Source: an uncultured Verrucomicrobiota bacterium
Lineage (GTDB): Bacteria; Auribacterota; JABMQX01
Length of the DNA: 64,000 nt
NCBI GenBank assembly: GCA_964640185.1
Contig: CAZXGF010000007.1
Location: 43,452-107,451 of the forward strand
Direction of reading: 5' to 3'
Shown here: positions 48,347 through 58,134 of the stretch, one piece after another
Layout of the letters: the number at the start of each line of letters is the position of its first letter
Position numbering within the stretch: position 1 is the stretch's first letter
Notes under the pieces: generated by a model
Databases searched by the model: none
Seen by the model: only the letters and a program-made list of their open reading frames with translations
Told to the model about the DNA's origin: nothing
Made by a program: the position numbers and the translations under genes

Positions 48347-50628
48347 ATTCCATAATCGGAGACCTCGAGACCGAATGGAAACGAAAGGCAGCACGTCTTA
48401 TTGCCTCAGTGCTCCTGTGCAGCAGTGTGACTGCGGCGACTGCCACAGAACGACCCACATCAGCGCTACCGCGATATTACACTATTCCCATCATTGATCT
48501 TTCGCAGGAAACTCACCGCCAGGTCATCGTTGACAAGGAGCCCGGCCAGTACCTCGGCCATCCCAGCACGGTTCTTCTCAGGGACAACAAGACCATCCTC
48601 GCGGTTTATCCCAAAGGCCACGGGCGCGGCGCCCTTGTAATGAAAAAGAGCACTGACGGCGGCTTGACCTGGAGCGGGCGCCTGCCCGTGCCCGAAAACT
48701 GGGCGACATCGAAAGAGACGCCCACGCTCCACCGTGTGACCGACCCGCAGGGTGTCGAGCGGCTGATTATGTTCTCCGGGCTTTACCCGATACGCATGGC
48801 GGTCTCAGAGGACAATGGCGACACATGGACACCGTTCAAACCTATCGGCGATTTTGGCGGAATCGTCACTATGGGGAGCGTCGTGCGGCTCAAAGATGGG
48901 ACTTACATGGCCATGTTTCACGACGACGGACGCTTCCTCCGCAAAGAGCGCAGCCGCTCGTCATTCAAGGTCTATAAAACCCTTTCCACCGATGGCGGTC
49001 TGACGTGGAGCGAACCCGAGGTCGTCACCCAGCACCCGACCGCTCACCTGTGCGAGCCGGGGGTCGTCCGCTCGCCTGACGGCAACCAACAGGCCTGCCT
49101 CCTGCGGGAGAACAGCCGTCAATTCAACTCGATGGTCATCTTCAGCAACGACGAGGGAAAGAGCTGGACAAAACCGGTTGAACTGCCCGCCAGCTTGACG
49201 GGCGACCGCCATGTTGCCCGCTACGCGCCCGACGGCCGGCTGGTCATCGTCTTCCGCGACACGACTCACATCAGCCCGACAAAGGGCGATTTTGTCGCCT
49301 GGGTCGGCGCCTACAAGGACATCATCCGCGGCCGCGAGGGCCAGTACCGCGTCCGCCTGCTGGACAACAAGAGAGGGGCGGACACCGGCTATGCGGGCCT
49401 GGAATTGCTCCCCGACGGCACATTCGTCGCCACAACATATTGCCATCTTGAAGAAGGCGAATCGCCCCTGGTTGCCAGCGTCCGCTTCAAGCTGGACGAG
49501 CTCGACGCCAAAGCCCCCCGGTTGCTGCCCCAGCAGACCGCCCTATTCGTTAGCGGCGCCGACGGCTACCATACCTACCGCATCCCTTCGCTGATTGTTA
49601 CAAAAAAGGGAACGGTACTGGCGTTCTGCGAGGGGCGTAAAAGCAGCCGAAGCGACAGCGGCGACATTGACCTGCTTGTCAAAAGGTCCACTGACGGCGG
49701 GCGGATATGGAGCGAGCAGAAGATCGTCTGGGACGACGGCGCCAACACCTGCGGCAACCCCTGCCCCGTCGTGGACACGGAAACTGGCACTCTCTGGCTG
49801 CTGATGACACACAATCTCGGTGTTGACCACGAAGGCCAGATCCTCGCAGGCGCCAGCAAGGGCACACGCACGGTCTGGGTCACTAAAAGCGACGACGACG
49901 GCCTGACGTGGGCGGCGCCCGTCGAAATCACCGGGGACGTCAAGAAACCGAACTGGAGCTGGTACGCGACTGGTCCCGGGGTGGGTATTCAACTCAGCGC
50001 CGGTCCCCACAATGGCCGCCTTGCTATCCCATGTGACCATAAGACTCTCGGCGACAAGGTCGGTTACTACTCCCACGTTTTCTACTCCGACGACCTCGGT
50101 AAAACCTGGAGGCTCGGCAGCTCGACCGAGAATGGCGTCAACGAATGTCAGGTCATCGAGCGAAGCGACGGGTCGCTGCTGTTGAACATGCGCCGCTCGC
50201 ACACCAACAAGGCTCTTTGGCGAGCCATCGCCACCAGCACTGACGGTGGGACGAGCTGGTCGAAGCTATCCTACGACAAAACGCTGATAAGTCCCCGCTG
50301 CCAGGCGAGTCTTCTGCGTTACGACCCCCCCGAAAAGTCGGAAAAACCGCTGGTACTGTTTTCCAACCCAGCGGACACGAAACAGCGAATCAAGATGACA
50401 GTACGGCTCAGCTATGACGAAGGGCGCACGTGGCCGGTCGCAAAGCTTCTGCACGCGGGTCCTTCCGCCTACTCCTGCCTCACCGTTCTGGCGGATAGGA
50501 GCATCGGCTGCCTGTACGAACGGGGCGACAAAGGCGCTTACGAAACGATTACCTTCGCGCGATTCAGGCTACCATGGCTGACAGATGGAGCCGAGACGCC
50601 GGAACGAAAAAAAAGTCCGGCGTTATAG
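48343..50628 (+). CDS. Exo-alpha-sialidase (GH33) with two BNR-repeat domains, secreted
   Basis: Nine Asp-box motifs (STDGGLTWS, SEDNGDTWT, SNDEGKSWT, STDGGRIWS, SDDDGLTWA ...). The start ATG overlaps the upstream stop (ATGA). Confidence 0.9.
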   Translation: MNSIIGDLETEWKRKAARLIASVLLCSSVTAATATERPTSALPRYYTIPIIDLSQETHRQVIVDKEPGQYLGHPSTVLLRDNKTILAVYPKGHGRGALVMKKSTDGGLTWSGRLPVPENWATSKETPTLHRVTDPQGVERLIMFSGLYPIRMAVSEDNGDTWTPFKPIGDFGGIVTMGSVVRLKDGTYMAMFHDDGRFLRKERSRSSFKVYKTLSTDGGLTWSEPEVVTQHPTAHLCEPGVVRSPDGNQQACLLRENSRQFNSMVIFSNDEGKSWTKPVELPASLTGDRHVARYAPDGRLVIVFRDTTHISPTKGDFVAWVGAYKDIIRGREGQYRVRLLDNKRGADTGYAGLELLPDGTFVATTYCHLEEGESPLVASVRFKLDELDAKAPRLLPQQTALFVSGADGYHTYRIPSLIVTKKGTVLAFCEGRKSSRSDSGDIDLLVKRSTDGGRIWSEQKIVWDDGANTCGNPCPVVDTETGTLWLLMTHNLGVDHEGQILAGASKGTRTVWVTKSDDDGLTWAAPVEITGDVKKPNWSWYATGPGVGIQLSAGPHNGRLAIPCDHKTLGDKVGYYSHVFYSDDLGKTWRLGSSTENGVNECQVIERSDGSLLLNMRRSHTNKALWRAIATSTDGGTSWSKLSYDKTLISPRCQASLLRYDPPEKSEKPLVLFSNPADTKQRIKMTVRLSYDEGRTWPVAKLLHAGPSAYSCLTVLADRSIGCLYERGDKGAYETITFARFRLPWLTDGAETPERKKSPAL

Positions 50629-50764
50629 GATAGATGCGACAACAACATCGTGGCGGTGGCCCGCAAAGGGCCGGTGCGTTGAAGGACTTATGTGACCGAC
50701 GCCGCAGAGCGCTATGAGATGTTTTTCAAAGCGGGAACACAAAACTGATAGGAAGACGCATAAA

Positions 50765-51691
50765 ATGAGACGACAACATCTGACTGGCTTGATTGCGGCG
50801 CCGCACACCCCCATGCACCCCGACGGAAGTGTCAATCTTGACATGATCGAAAAGCAAGCGGAATTGCTTGCGGGCGGGGCTCTGAGCGGTGTCTTTATTT
50901 GCGGCACGACAGGGGAGAGCGTGTCGCTTACTATCTCCGAGCGGCTCGAGGTCGCGGAACGCTGGCAAGCTGTCGCCGGGCGTGATTTCCCTATCATCGT
51001 CCACGTCGGGCATCTCTGTCTCGGTGATTGCAAAGTCCTCGCAGCGCACGCCCAGAAGATCGGCGCCCACGCCATAGCCGCCATGGCGCCGTGCTTTTTC
51101 AAGCCTGCCGATGTAGAAGACCTCGTCCTGTTCTGTGCCGAAATTGCCGCCGCGGCGCCGGAGTTACCCTTCTATTATTATCACATCCCTGCCTTGAGCG
51201 GCGTCAGCATTCCCATGCTCGATTTTCTAAAGGAAGCCTCAGGGCGAATCCCGACGCTTGCCGGCGGGAAGTTCACTCATGAGGACTTAATGGATTTTGG
51301 CCGCTGTCTCACCTTCGAGGGAGGGAGATTTGACATAGTATTCGGCCAAGACGAGATTCTGCTATCGGCGTTGGCTCTGGGGGCTCGCGGCGCCGTGGGC
51401 AGCACATACAACTTTGCGGCGCCCCTCTATCAAAGGATTATAGAAGCCCACAAAAGTGGCGACATCGCTGCCGCCCAGAAAGAGCAGGCCAGGGCTATGG
51501 AGTTAGTCCACGTTTTGAAAAGCTATGACGTTCTTCCAGCGGGCAAGTCCGTCATGAAAATGATCGGCCTCGATTGCGGCCCCGTTCGCGTTCCCCTGCG
51601 TACGCTTACGGACGAACAATGCGATGAGCTGCATGCTGAGTTGCAGCGCATCGGCTTTTTCACTTATTCCCTGCGGTGCGGGCCCTCGTGA
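50765..51691 (+). CDS. N-acetylneuraminate lyase / DapA-family aldolase
   Basis: Class I aldolase motifs GTTGE and a Schiff-base Lys region. Sits next to the sialidase. Start at internal ATG 50765. Confidence 0.8.
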   Translation: MRRQHLTGLIAAPHTPMHPDGSVNLDMIEKQAELLAGGALSGVFICGTTGESVSLTISERLEVAERWQAVAGRDFPIIVHVGHLCLGDCKVLAAHAQKIGAHAIAAMAPCFFKPADVEDLVLFCAEIAAAAPELPFYYYHIPALSGVSIPMLDFLKEASGRIPTLAGGKFTHEDLMDFGRCLTFEGGRFDIVFGQDEILLSALALGARGAVGSTYNFAAPLYQRIIEAHKSGDIAAAQKEQARAMELVHVLKSYDVLPAGKSVMKMIGLDCGPVRVPLRTLTDEQCDELHAELQRIGFFTYSLRCGPS

Positions 51692-52197
51692 CCCTCGAGA
51701 CTCGCCGTTAGGCGCAATCTCGGTTTGTCCGAACCCTTGCTTTCTGCCTCACCACCGCCGCAACGTAAAACCGGCGGCCGACTTACATCGAAAAGATGTC
51801 CGCCGGCGAAATGCGGACTCGGCGCCCTGATTTCCTTTTCCGCGAGCGTATTTGATATGAAGCTTTATCGCCCCTTTGGTCTGTCGAAACCTCGCCCAAT
51901 CGAAAACACTTAAACACAATCTTCTGGTACTGGAATCCCATGTGAATATCTTGTTCCTGATACGAATTGGATTACTACGTTTCAGTCCCTGGAACCTGTT
52001 CGGCGTACCGAGAAACGATTGCATGTACATTTGACACAGTCCCTTTTCATTGGCGTCAGCAGAAATGGAACTACGAACCTCCGAAACTCCCAGATGGTAG
52101 CCCACGTTCGTCGCTTGTTATCGTAAGTCCCTGATTTGCAAGGGGCCGATTTTTCAGTTTGTCATTACATCGCCCTTTCAGGGCTGTACCCTTCGCG

Positions 52198-52403
52198 GCA
52201 AAAAAAGCCGCTCCCCACGTGGCATCCCGCCGGAGGCGGGACCCGTGGGAATCATGGCCAAGATGGCCATGCCACGGCAGGCGAAGACGGGTTCCCTCTC
52301 ATCCTCCTCTGTGCGACTCTGCGGCTTTTGCGTTACCCTTCTCTTCTCTTTCTCCCTCCCCCGCCGTGGCAGGGCATCCGCCCAAGACTGAGGCCATACA
52401 CGC
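52198..52403 (+). repeat. R1 structured repeat, copy B
   Basis: Hairpin 1 is CCCGCC-GGA-GGCGGG. Hairpin 2 is CATGGCCAAGATGGCCATG, a double compensatory change versus copies A and D. It is preceded by a GCCCTTTCAGGGC motif. Confidence 0.8.
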
Positions 52404-52418
52404 CCTTCGTAATTGTCT

Positions 52419-52447
52419 TTGACAAGCGCCGCACGGCGCGGTACACT
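52419..52447 (+). promoter_or_regulatory. Near-consensus sigma70-type promoter (TTGACA-17-TACACT) upstream of gatB
   Basis: TTGACA at 52419-52424, 17-nt spacer, TACACT at 52442-52447. About 95 nt before the gatB GTG. Confidence 0.5.
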
Positions 52448-52546
52448 GCATTTTTGCGGCTTGATGTCCGGGCGGGACAAGTTCCGCTGGACGGCGAGCG
52501 CGCATTGCCGCAAGTATCTTCTTCCATAGTAGCAGGAGGAAAAGTC

Positions 52547-53974
52547 GTGGAATACGAAAGCGTCATCGGACTGGAGGTCCACGCGGAACTGAAGACCGAC
52601 ACGAAGATTTTCTGCGGTTGCTCGACCGAGTTCGGCGCCGAGCCCAACACGCAGACGTGCCCGGTGTGTTTAGGTCTGCCGGGCGTTCTGCCGGTCTTGA
52701 ACGAAAAGGCGCTTCGATATACAGTGAAGGTTGGTCTGGCTCTCGGATCCGAGATTTCCTCGTTCAGTAAGTTTGACCGGAAAAACTATTTCTATCCGGA
52801 CCTGCCGAAGGACTTTCAAATCTCGCAGTACGACAAGCCGCTGTGCCGAGGGGGCGCCGTGGAGTTCTCCTGCAACGGCGAGAAGCGGAAAGTCGCGCTG
52901 ACCCGTGTGCATCTGGAGGAGGATGCCGGAAAGCTGATACATTTCCCTGACGGGGAAAGCGGCGTGGATTTCAACCGGGTCGGGATTCCTCTCCTGGAAA
53001 TCGTGAGCGAGCCGGAGATACGCTCGCCGGACGAGGCCTATTTCTATCTTCTGGAGTTGAAGCTGTTGCTGAAATACCTCGATGTCAGCGATTGCAACAT
53101 GGAGGAGGGTAGCCTGAGGTGCGACGCGAACGTGTCCGTGCGTCCAAAGGGGCAAAAGAAGCTGAGCACGCAAGCGGAAATCAAGAATATGAACAGTTTC
53201 ACCGGAGTCCGCCGGGCCCTGGCCTACGAGATCGAGCGCCAAATCGGAGTGCTGGAGGGCGGGGGGAGAATCGTTCGGGAGACGCGGCGGTGGGACCCGG
53301 ATTCGCAAAGGACAGCTTCCATGCGAAGCAAGGAATGGTCACATGATTACCGCTATTTCCCTGAGCCGGACCTCGTGCCTTTTGTCCTCGAAAAAGCCTG
53401 GATTGACGAAGTGCGCGCCACCATACAGGAGCTGCCGGAAGCTCGCAAGGGACGGTTCATGGAGCAATACGGGCTTTCGGAGTACGACGCCGGAGTCCTC
53501 ACCGCCCAGAAAGCTTTCGCCGATTATTACGAGGAATGCGCGCACCTCCATGACAATTACAAGGCGATCTGCAACTGGGTCATGGGTGGTGTCCTCCAAG
53601 AATTGAATGCGAGAAAGATTTCTATCGGAGACCTCCCGATCTCCCCGAAGATGCTGGCGAACATGGTCCGCATGATAGACGATGGTAGAATTACCAGCAA
53701 TATCGCCAAGGAGGTTTTCGCGGAAATGTCGGAAACCGGCAAGCCTCCGGACAGAATCGTCGAAGAAAAAGGGCTGTCACCGATAACGGACGCGGGGGAA
53801 ATCGAGCGGGTTGTCGAGGAGGTCATCGAAAACAACCCCAAGCCTGTCCGGGATTTCCGCTCCGGTAAAGAGAGAGTTATCGGCTTTCTCGTGGGGCAGG
53901 TGATGAAAGCTGTCGGAGGAAAAGCTGACGCCCGGTTGGTCAACAAGATATTGAGAGAAAAGCTGAAACAGTAA
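52547..53974 (+). CDS. gatB: Asp-tRNA(Asn)/Glu-tRNA(Gln) amidotransferase subunit B
   Basis: GTG start with an AGGAGGA SD. YESVIGLEVHAELKT...FDRKNYFYPDLPK. C-terminal GatB/YqeY domain. Confidence 0.95.
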   Translation: MEYESVIGLEVHAELKTDTKIFCGCSTEFGAEPNTQTCPVCLGLPGVLPVLNEKALRYTVKVGLALGSEISSFSKFDRKNYFYPDLPKDFQISQYDKPLCRGGAVEFSCNGEKRKVALTRVHLEEDAGKLIHFPDGESGVDFNRVGIPLLEIVSEPEIRSPDEAYFYLLELKLLLKYLDVSDCNMEEGSLRCDANVSVRPKGQKKLSTQAEIKNMNSFTGVRRALAYEIERQIGVLEGGGRIVRETRRWDPDSQRTASMRSKEWSHDYRYFPEPDLVPFVLEKAWIDEVRATIQELPEARKGRFMEQYGLSEYDAGVLTAQKAFADYYEECAHLHDNYKAICNWVMGGVLQELNARKISIGDLPISPKMLANMVRMIDDGRITSNIAKEVFAEMSETGKPPDRIVEEKGLSPITDAGEIERVVEEVIENNPKPVRDFRSGKERVIGFLVGQVMKAVGGKADARLVNKILREKLKQ

Positions 53975-53979
53975 CAATC

Positions 53980-54819
53980 ATGCCACTTTTTGGAAAACCG
54001 AAATACTCCGCCGTAAAAGTCAAGAAAGTTCAGATTCCCAGCGGGCGGTGGATGAAATGCACCAATTGCCGGGAAATCATTGACGCCAAAGCGTTTCAGA
54101 ACGCGTACAAGACCTGCCCGAAGTGCAAGTTCCACTACAAGATGAGCGCCCGAGAAAGGATTGACTTGCTCCTCGACGAGGAAAGTTTCGACGAGATGGA
54201 CAGCCAGATGCTTCCGCAGGACCCCTTGGGCTTTGTGGACTCCAAGAAATACACCGACCGACATAAGCAGGCGCAGAAGAAATCTCAGTTGAACGAGGCA
54301 ATCCTGACCGGGATGGGGTCCGTCGCAGGGCGCCCCGTCGGCTTCGGGGTGATGGATTTCAATTACATCGGCGGAAGTATGGGTTCCGTCGTCGGGGAGA
54401 AGGTTACCCGGCTGACAGAGCGCTGCCTCGACGAGCGGTGCGCTTTGGTTATCGTGACCTCTTCCGGCGGCGCCCGGATGATGGAGTCCACCTACAGCCT
54501 AATGCAGATGGCAAAAACCTCGGGGGCCTTGTCGCGATTCCACAAGGCGGGATTGTTCTACATAGCCGTGCTCTGCAATCCGACCACCGGCGGCGTCACC
54601 GCGAGTTTCGCGTCTCTGGGAGACGTCATCATAGCCGAGCCGGGGGCGCTAATCGGCTTCGCGGGGCCGAGGGTCATCGAGCAGACCATCCGGCAGGAGC
54701 TGCCGCAGGGGTTCCAGCGGTCGGAGTTCCTCCTCGACCACGGCATGATAGATATGATTGTCCCTCGTAAAGAGCTCCGGACAAAGCTTCAAGAGCTGGT
54801 CGCCTTTTTCTCCGAATAG
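53980..54819 (+). CDS. accD: Acetyl-CoA carboxylase carboxyltransferase beta subunit
   Basis: Zn-ribbon CTNC...CPKC and a carboxyltransferase domain. Confidence 0.95.
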   Translation: MPLFGKPKYSAVKVKKVQIPSGRWMKCTNCREIIDAKAFQNAYKTCPKCKFHYKMSARERIDLLLDEESFDEMDSQMLPQDPLGFVDSKKYTDRHKQAQKKSQLNEAILTGMGSVAGRPVGFGVMDFNYIGGSMGSVVGEKVTRLTERCLDERCALVIVTSSGGARMMESTYSLMQMAKTSGALSRFHKAGLFYIAVLCNPTTGGVTASFASLGDVIIAEPGALIGFAGPRVIEQTIRQELPQGFQRSEFLLDHGMIDMIVPRKELRTKLQELVAFFSE

Positions 54820-54927
54820 GCTCCCATTGTCTTTGCGCAACTGTCCACTCCTCCGATAGCCCTCCGACCGACTGCCTCCCCGCACACTTTCATCTTCCCC
54901 CCGAAATATGGGATGGCCCTGCTTAAT

Positions 54928-55379
54928 GCTCCGATTCATAAGTTCGGTGACGTATTTGCCTCGACAGGATAACAGGATGGACATGATTCTTGGAATCCTG
55001 TCTATCGTTGCGAAAGGTTCTTGGCGTTTCGCTTTACCCCAACTTCTCACGTACTGGCTTACCGGTGGCAACGACTTCTGCTAACGAGTTGTATCTCCTG
55101 AGCCGCCACAACAACCTCGTTGATACACTTCCGCTCGACGATGACTGTGTGACTTTCGACTCCGCCATGGCTGTGCAGGAAGGTCTCGAACAACTTCGCC
55201 GCCAATTCCTTGCGCTTCGTCGTCTTTCACCAAGCGGCCTCTCCGGCGTGTGATTTACTGGATGCTTCACGTCTCTGGAACAATCCCGTTCACGCCGATG
55301 GCGTGATTATCCCGTCAAAATAGCTCCTTTCACCAGACCATTATACGTCACCGTATTTGCGGATCGATGTACTTAACCT
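54928..55379. mobile_element. MITE-like element, copy 2
   Basis: Left TA|ATGCTCCGATTCATAAGTTCGGTGACGTATTTGC. Right ATACGTCACCGTATTTGCGGATCGATGTACT|TA. The ends are ~85-90% identical to copy 1 and the internal region diverges. Confidence 0.6.
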
Positions 55380-55500
55380 TTCTCCTGAAGGGGGCTTCTG
55401 GTGAATCGTGACAGCAGAGCCCGCCCCTTGCGACCGACTCAACCAGCCCATTTCGTGCAGAAGAGTCGCAGAATCTCAAGCTGGTGTAAAATAGCGCCCT

Positions 55501-56043
55501 CTACTTCTGCTCGAGGAACTCTCCGGTCAACATGCGCACCCCGTCGTCCTGGATGAGGTTGCGGGTCGTTTTGTCCCACCGGCGAGTTCGGTACGCGAGG
55601 CGGTGCTCGCCGTGGCAATCGGTGCAGTATTTCTTCTCCGTGGCCGCGCCCGCGAGGAAGGGCTTGTGCATCTTACTGAGCTTATTCCCAGCGTGGCACT
55701 TCAGGCAAAATGGATTGTTCTTCTCGTTCGCGTACATGATGTCGGGCGGCGTGATGTTGTCCTCGTCGGAGCAGTGCGGGGTGGAATCCCCGTGGCAATC
55801 CTCGCAGCCGACGTTGGCTTTCGCGTGGAGCACGGCAAGCTCCTCTTCTTCGTAGTTCATATGGCAAACGTGGCAGCGGCTGTTGTCGGCGACGGAGCCT
55901 TCTGGCATATTGGCAGCCTTTTCAGCCTCGCCCGGCTCCTTCAGCAATAACGGCGGCTCCTCCTCGGCCTTAGGATTGTGACTGCATGATGTAGTGACAA
56001 AGAGCACCGTCGCGACCAGCAACAGCCATAGACAATACCTCAT
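55501..56043 (-). CDS. Tetraheme c-type cytochrome, probable lipoprotein
   Basis: Four CxxCH motifs (CHVCH, CEDCH, CLKCH, CTDCH). Signal peptide ending TTSC. Confidence 0.85.
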   Translation of the reverse strand: MRYCLWLLLVATVLFVTTSCSHNPKAEEEPPLLLKEPGEAEKAANMPEGSVADNSRCHVCHMNYEEEELAVLHAKANVGCEDCHGDSTPHCSDEDNITPPDIMYANEKNNPFCLKCHAGNKLSKMHKPFLAGAATEKKYCTDCHGEHRLAYRTRRWDKTTRNLIQDDGVRMLTGEFLEQK

Positions 56044-56464
56044 GTCCGATCCTTTCACGAAGAATAGGTTAACCGCGGCTCAAACTGCGTCACGCGCACT
56101 GCCCGAAGCCTCGCCCGCGCCTTCCGCGTGAGCTGTCGTTAAACCGGTCTAACCTGTTTTCTACACGTATTCCCAGTCCTTTAGCCACTGATATTCCTGG
56201 GGCAACTTCGTCCACATCTCGTCGGTGGCCTTCTTCAGTTCGGCAGCCTCCGCGATGTCGAGCTGCCGCCACACCACAAAATCATGTCAATTCAACGTAT
56301 CACAAAGCTCACCAAAACGCCAACGGGGCCATTCACGGGGGTATGGCTCCATTTCAGTGACACGCGGGCCACCTTTCGCTCGCTTGGCGCAGGCGGCGTG
56401 TTTCCGAGGGACGAACCGGGAGGGTGACGCAAATCCCTTCCCTCACCTCCCTGTGTGCGGATAG

Positions 56465-56640
56465 GCGTCGCACGGGCGTCCCGCCCGTGAAGCATCATGA
56501 ACAAGATGCCCCTCCCACGGCAGGCGACGACGGAGTCCTTCTCATCCTCCTCTCTGCGACTCTGCGCCTTTGCGTTACCCTCCTTTTCCCTTGTTCTCTC
56601 ACGCAACTCGGTATCCGCCCGAGACTGAGGCCATACGCCG
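56465..56640 (+). repeat. R1 structured repeat, copy C (hairpins degenerate, CT tract intact)
   Basis: ...CATCATGAACAAGATGCCCCTCCCACGGCAGGCGACGACGGAGTCCTTCTCATCCTCCTCTCTGCGACTCTGCGCCTTTGCGTTACCCTCC... Flanked by TGGCTCCATTTCAGTG-type motifs. Confidence 0.7.
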
Positions 56641-56938
56641 CACCCACTTTTTTAGGGGTGTGGCTACATTTGAGTGGGTGATCTTGCCAAGTGCAACGCC
56701 ACCCCGCCATGGCGGGGCGGTCTCGAGGGCGTCTCGCCCTCGATTCTTTCTTATATCCTTTGCGTCTTCGCGTCTTTGCGAGAGGTCTCCCCCGTCCCAT
56801 TTCTCCCGCTAAGAAGCCAAGCGTCCTGTCCATCTTGTTTTTGACTTGCGGTTCTTCACTCCGAGTTCTGCGACGCGGAACAAACAAACCAAGGGCGAGT
56901 TCTCTACCACTTAAACGTAGCCGCACCCACTTTTTTAG

Positions 56939-56966
56939 TTGCGGTTTTTTTGGGACGGGCTATAAT
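56939..56966 (+). promoter_or_regulatory. Candidate promoter (TTGCGG-16-TATAAT) upstream of the DUF1559 gene
   Basis: Perfect -10 TATAAT at 56961-56966. The -35 is weaker. ~120 nt before ATG 57088. Confidence 0.4.
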
Positions 56967-57087
56967 GATTTTTGTACTTCAATATTCTCGGTGTCTGCCT
57001 GAAAAGGCGGCGCGACGAACAAGCACGATGGTGGGGGAATGGGTGGTGTTTTGTCTCCGCAAGCATCAGCATGAGGAGGGAGTATCC

Positions 57088-57840
57088 ATGAAAACCCGAC
57101 ATGTCAAGGGATTCACACTCATAGAACTTCTCGTTGTCATGGCGATTCTTTCAATATTGATGGCGCTTCTGCTGCCGGCTATCCAAACCGCCAAGGAAAA
57201 GGCGAGATGGAGTCGTTGTATCTCGAACATGCGTCAGCTCGGTCAGGCGATGATGATGTACGCCGGCGACAACGACGGGCACCTGCCGGCATCGGGCTCA
57301 GAACACAACCAGGGAAGATTCGATTACGTTTGCGGTGGAACGGGGAATTCGTTCCCGCAGACGGACCCTGCCTCCATGAAAAGGATCAAGATCGAAGAAG
57401 GGACACTATGGCCTTACATGACGACCCTCCCACGGTGCGGACCCTACGGAAGCGCCACGAAAGGAATGACGGAGAAATGGTACGCCTCACCGGACAAAAA
57501 CCCGTACCTCTGTCCTTCTTCGGGACCGGTGGGAAGAAAAGCCGGATTGAGCTATTCGATGAACGCTGCTCTGGATGACAGAACCAGCGGCGGCAGCGGT
57601 ATCGGAATCCAAATATCGCGAATCAGAACCCCAAGCAGGACTATCCTGTTAGTTGACGAGAGCGAGCTGAAGCTCAACGACGGGCGCTTTGTGCCCCCCG
57701 GCGAAGCCGCCCACCTGATGATCAAGCATAACGATGGCGGCAATCTCCTCTTCTGCGACGCGAGCGTGAAGTGGGTCGCACAGGAAACGTTCATGAAAAT
57801 GATACAATCGGACTCGGGCTGCTGGGACCCCCTCCGGTGA
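57088..57840 (+). CDS. DUF1559 / prepilin-type N-terminal cleavage-methylation domain protein (Planctomycetota-typical)
   Basis: [31 protein letters not shown], then the H-X9-DG-type C-terminus. A GAGGAGG SD lies 7 nt upstream. Confidence 0.9.
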   Translation: MKTRHVKGFTLIELLVVMAILSILMALLLPAIQTAKEKARWSRCISNMRQLGQAMMMYAGDNDGHLPASGSEHNQGRFDYVCGGTGNSFPQTDPASMKRIKIEEGTLWPYMTTLPRCGPYGSATKGMTEKWYASPDKNPYLCPSSGPVGRKAGLSYSMNAALDDRTSGGSGIGIQISRIRTPSRTILLVDESELKLNDGRFVPPGEAAHLMIKHNDGGNLLFCDASVKWVAQETFMKMIQSDSGCWDPLR

Positions 57841-58134
57841 GTTTATCCTGACTTTGCAGTTCTGGGTCTCTCCTTGGGCAAGCTCCTTTTCCCGCAAGCC
57901 CTTTCGCTGACCCGCCGCGAGCTTCCACAAACGCGCAGCCTCCGCCCTTGTGCCCGCGTGTCGCATTATCTCATTTTCAAGCGATAAAACGCGAGGAAGC
58001 GCTCGCCGCGCTCTGCTACCCGAGCGCCTGAATAAAAGTGCGGGGCCGCGCAAGAAGGAGGGAGAGGTTCCTTGGCGCCCGCCCAGGGAGCGCACATGCA
58101 TCAGCAGGCTGGAGAGAACGCGATACCGAATGTT

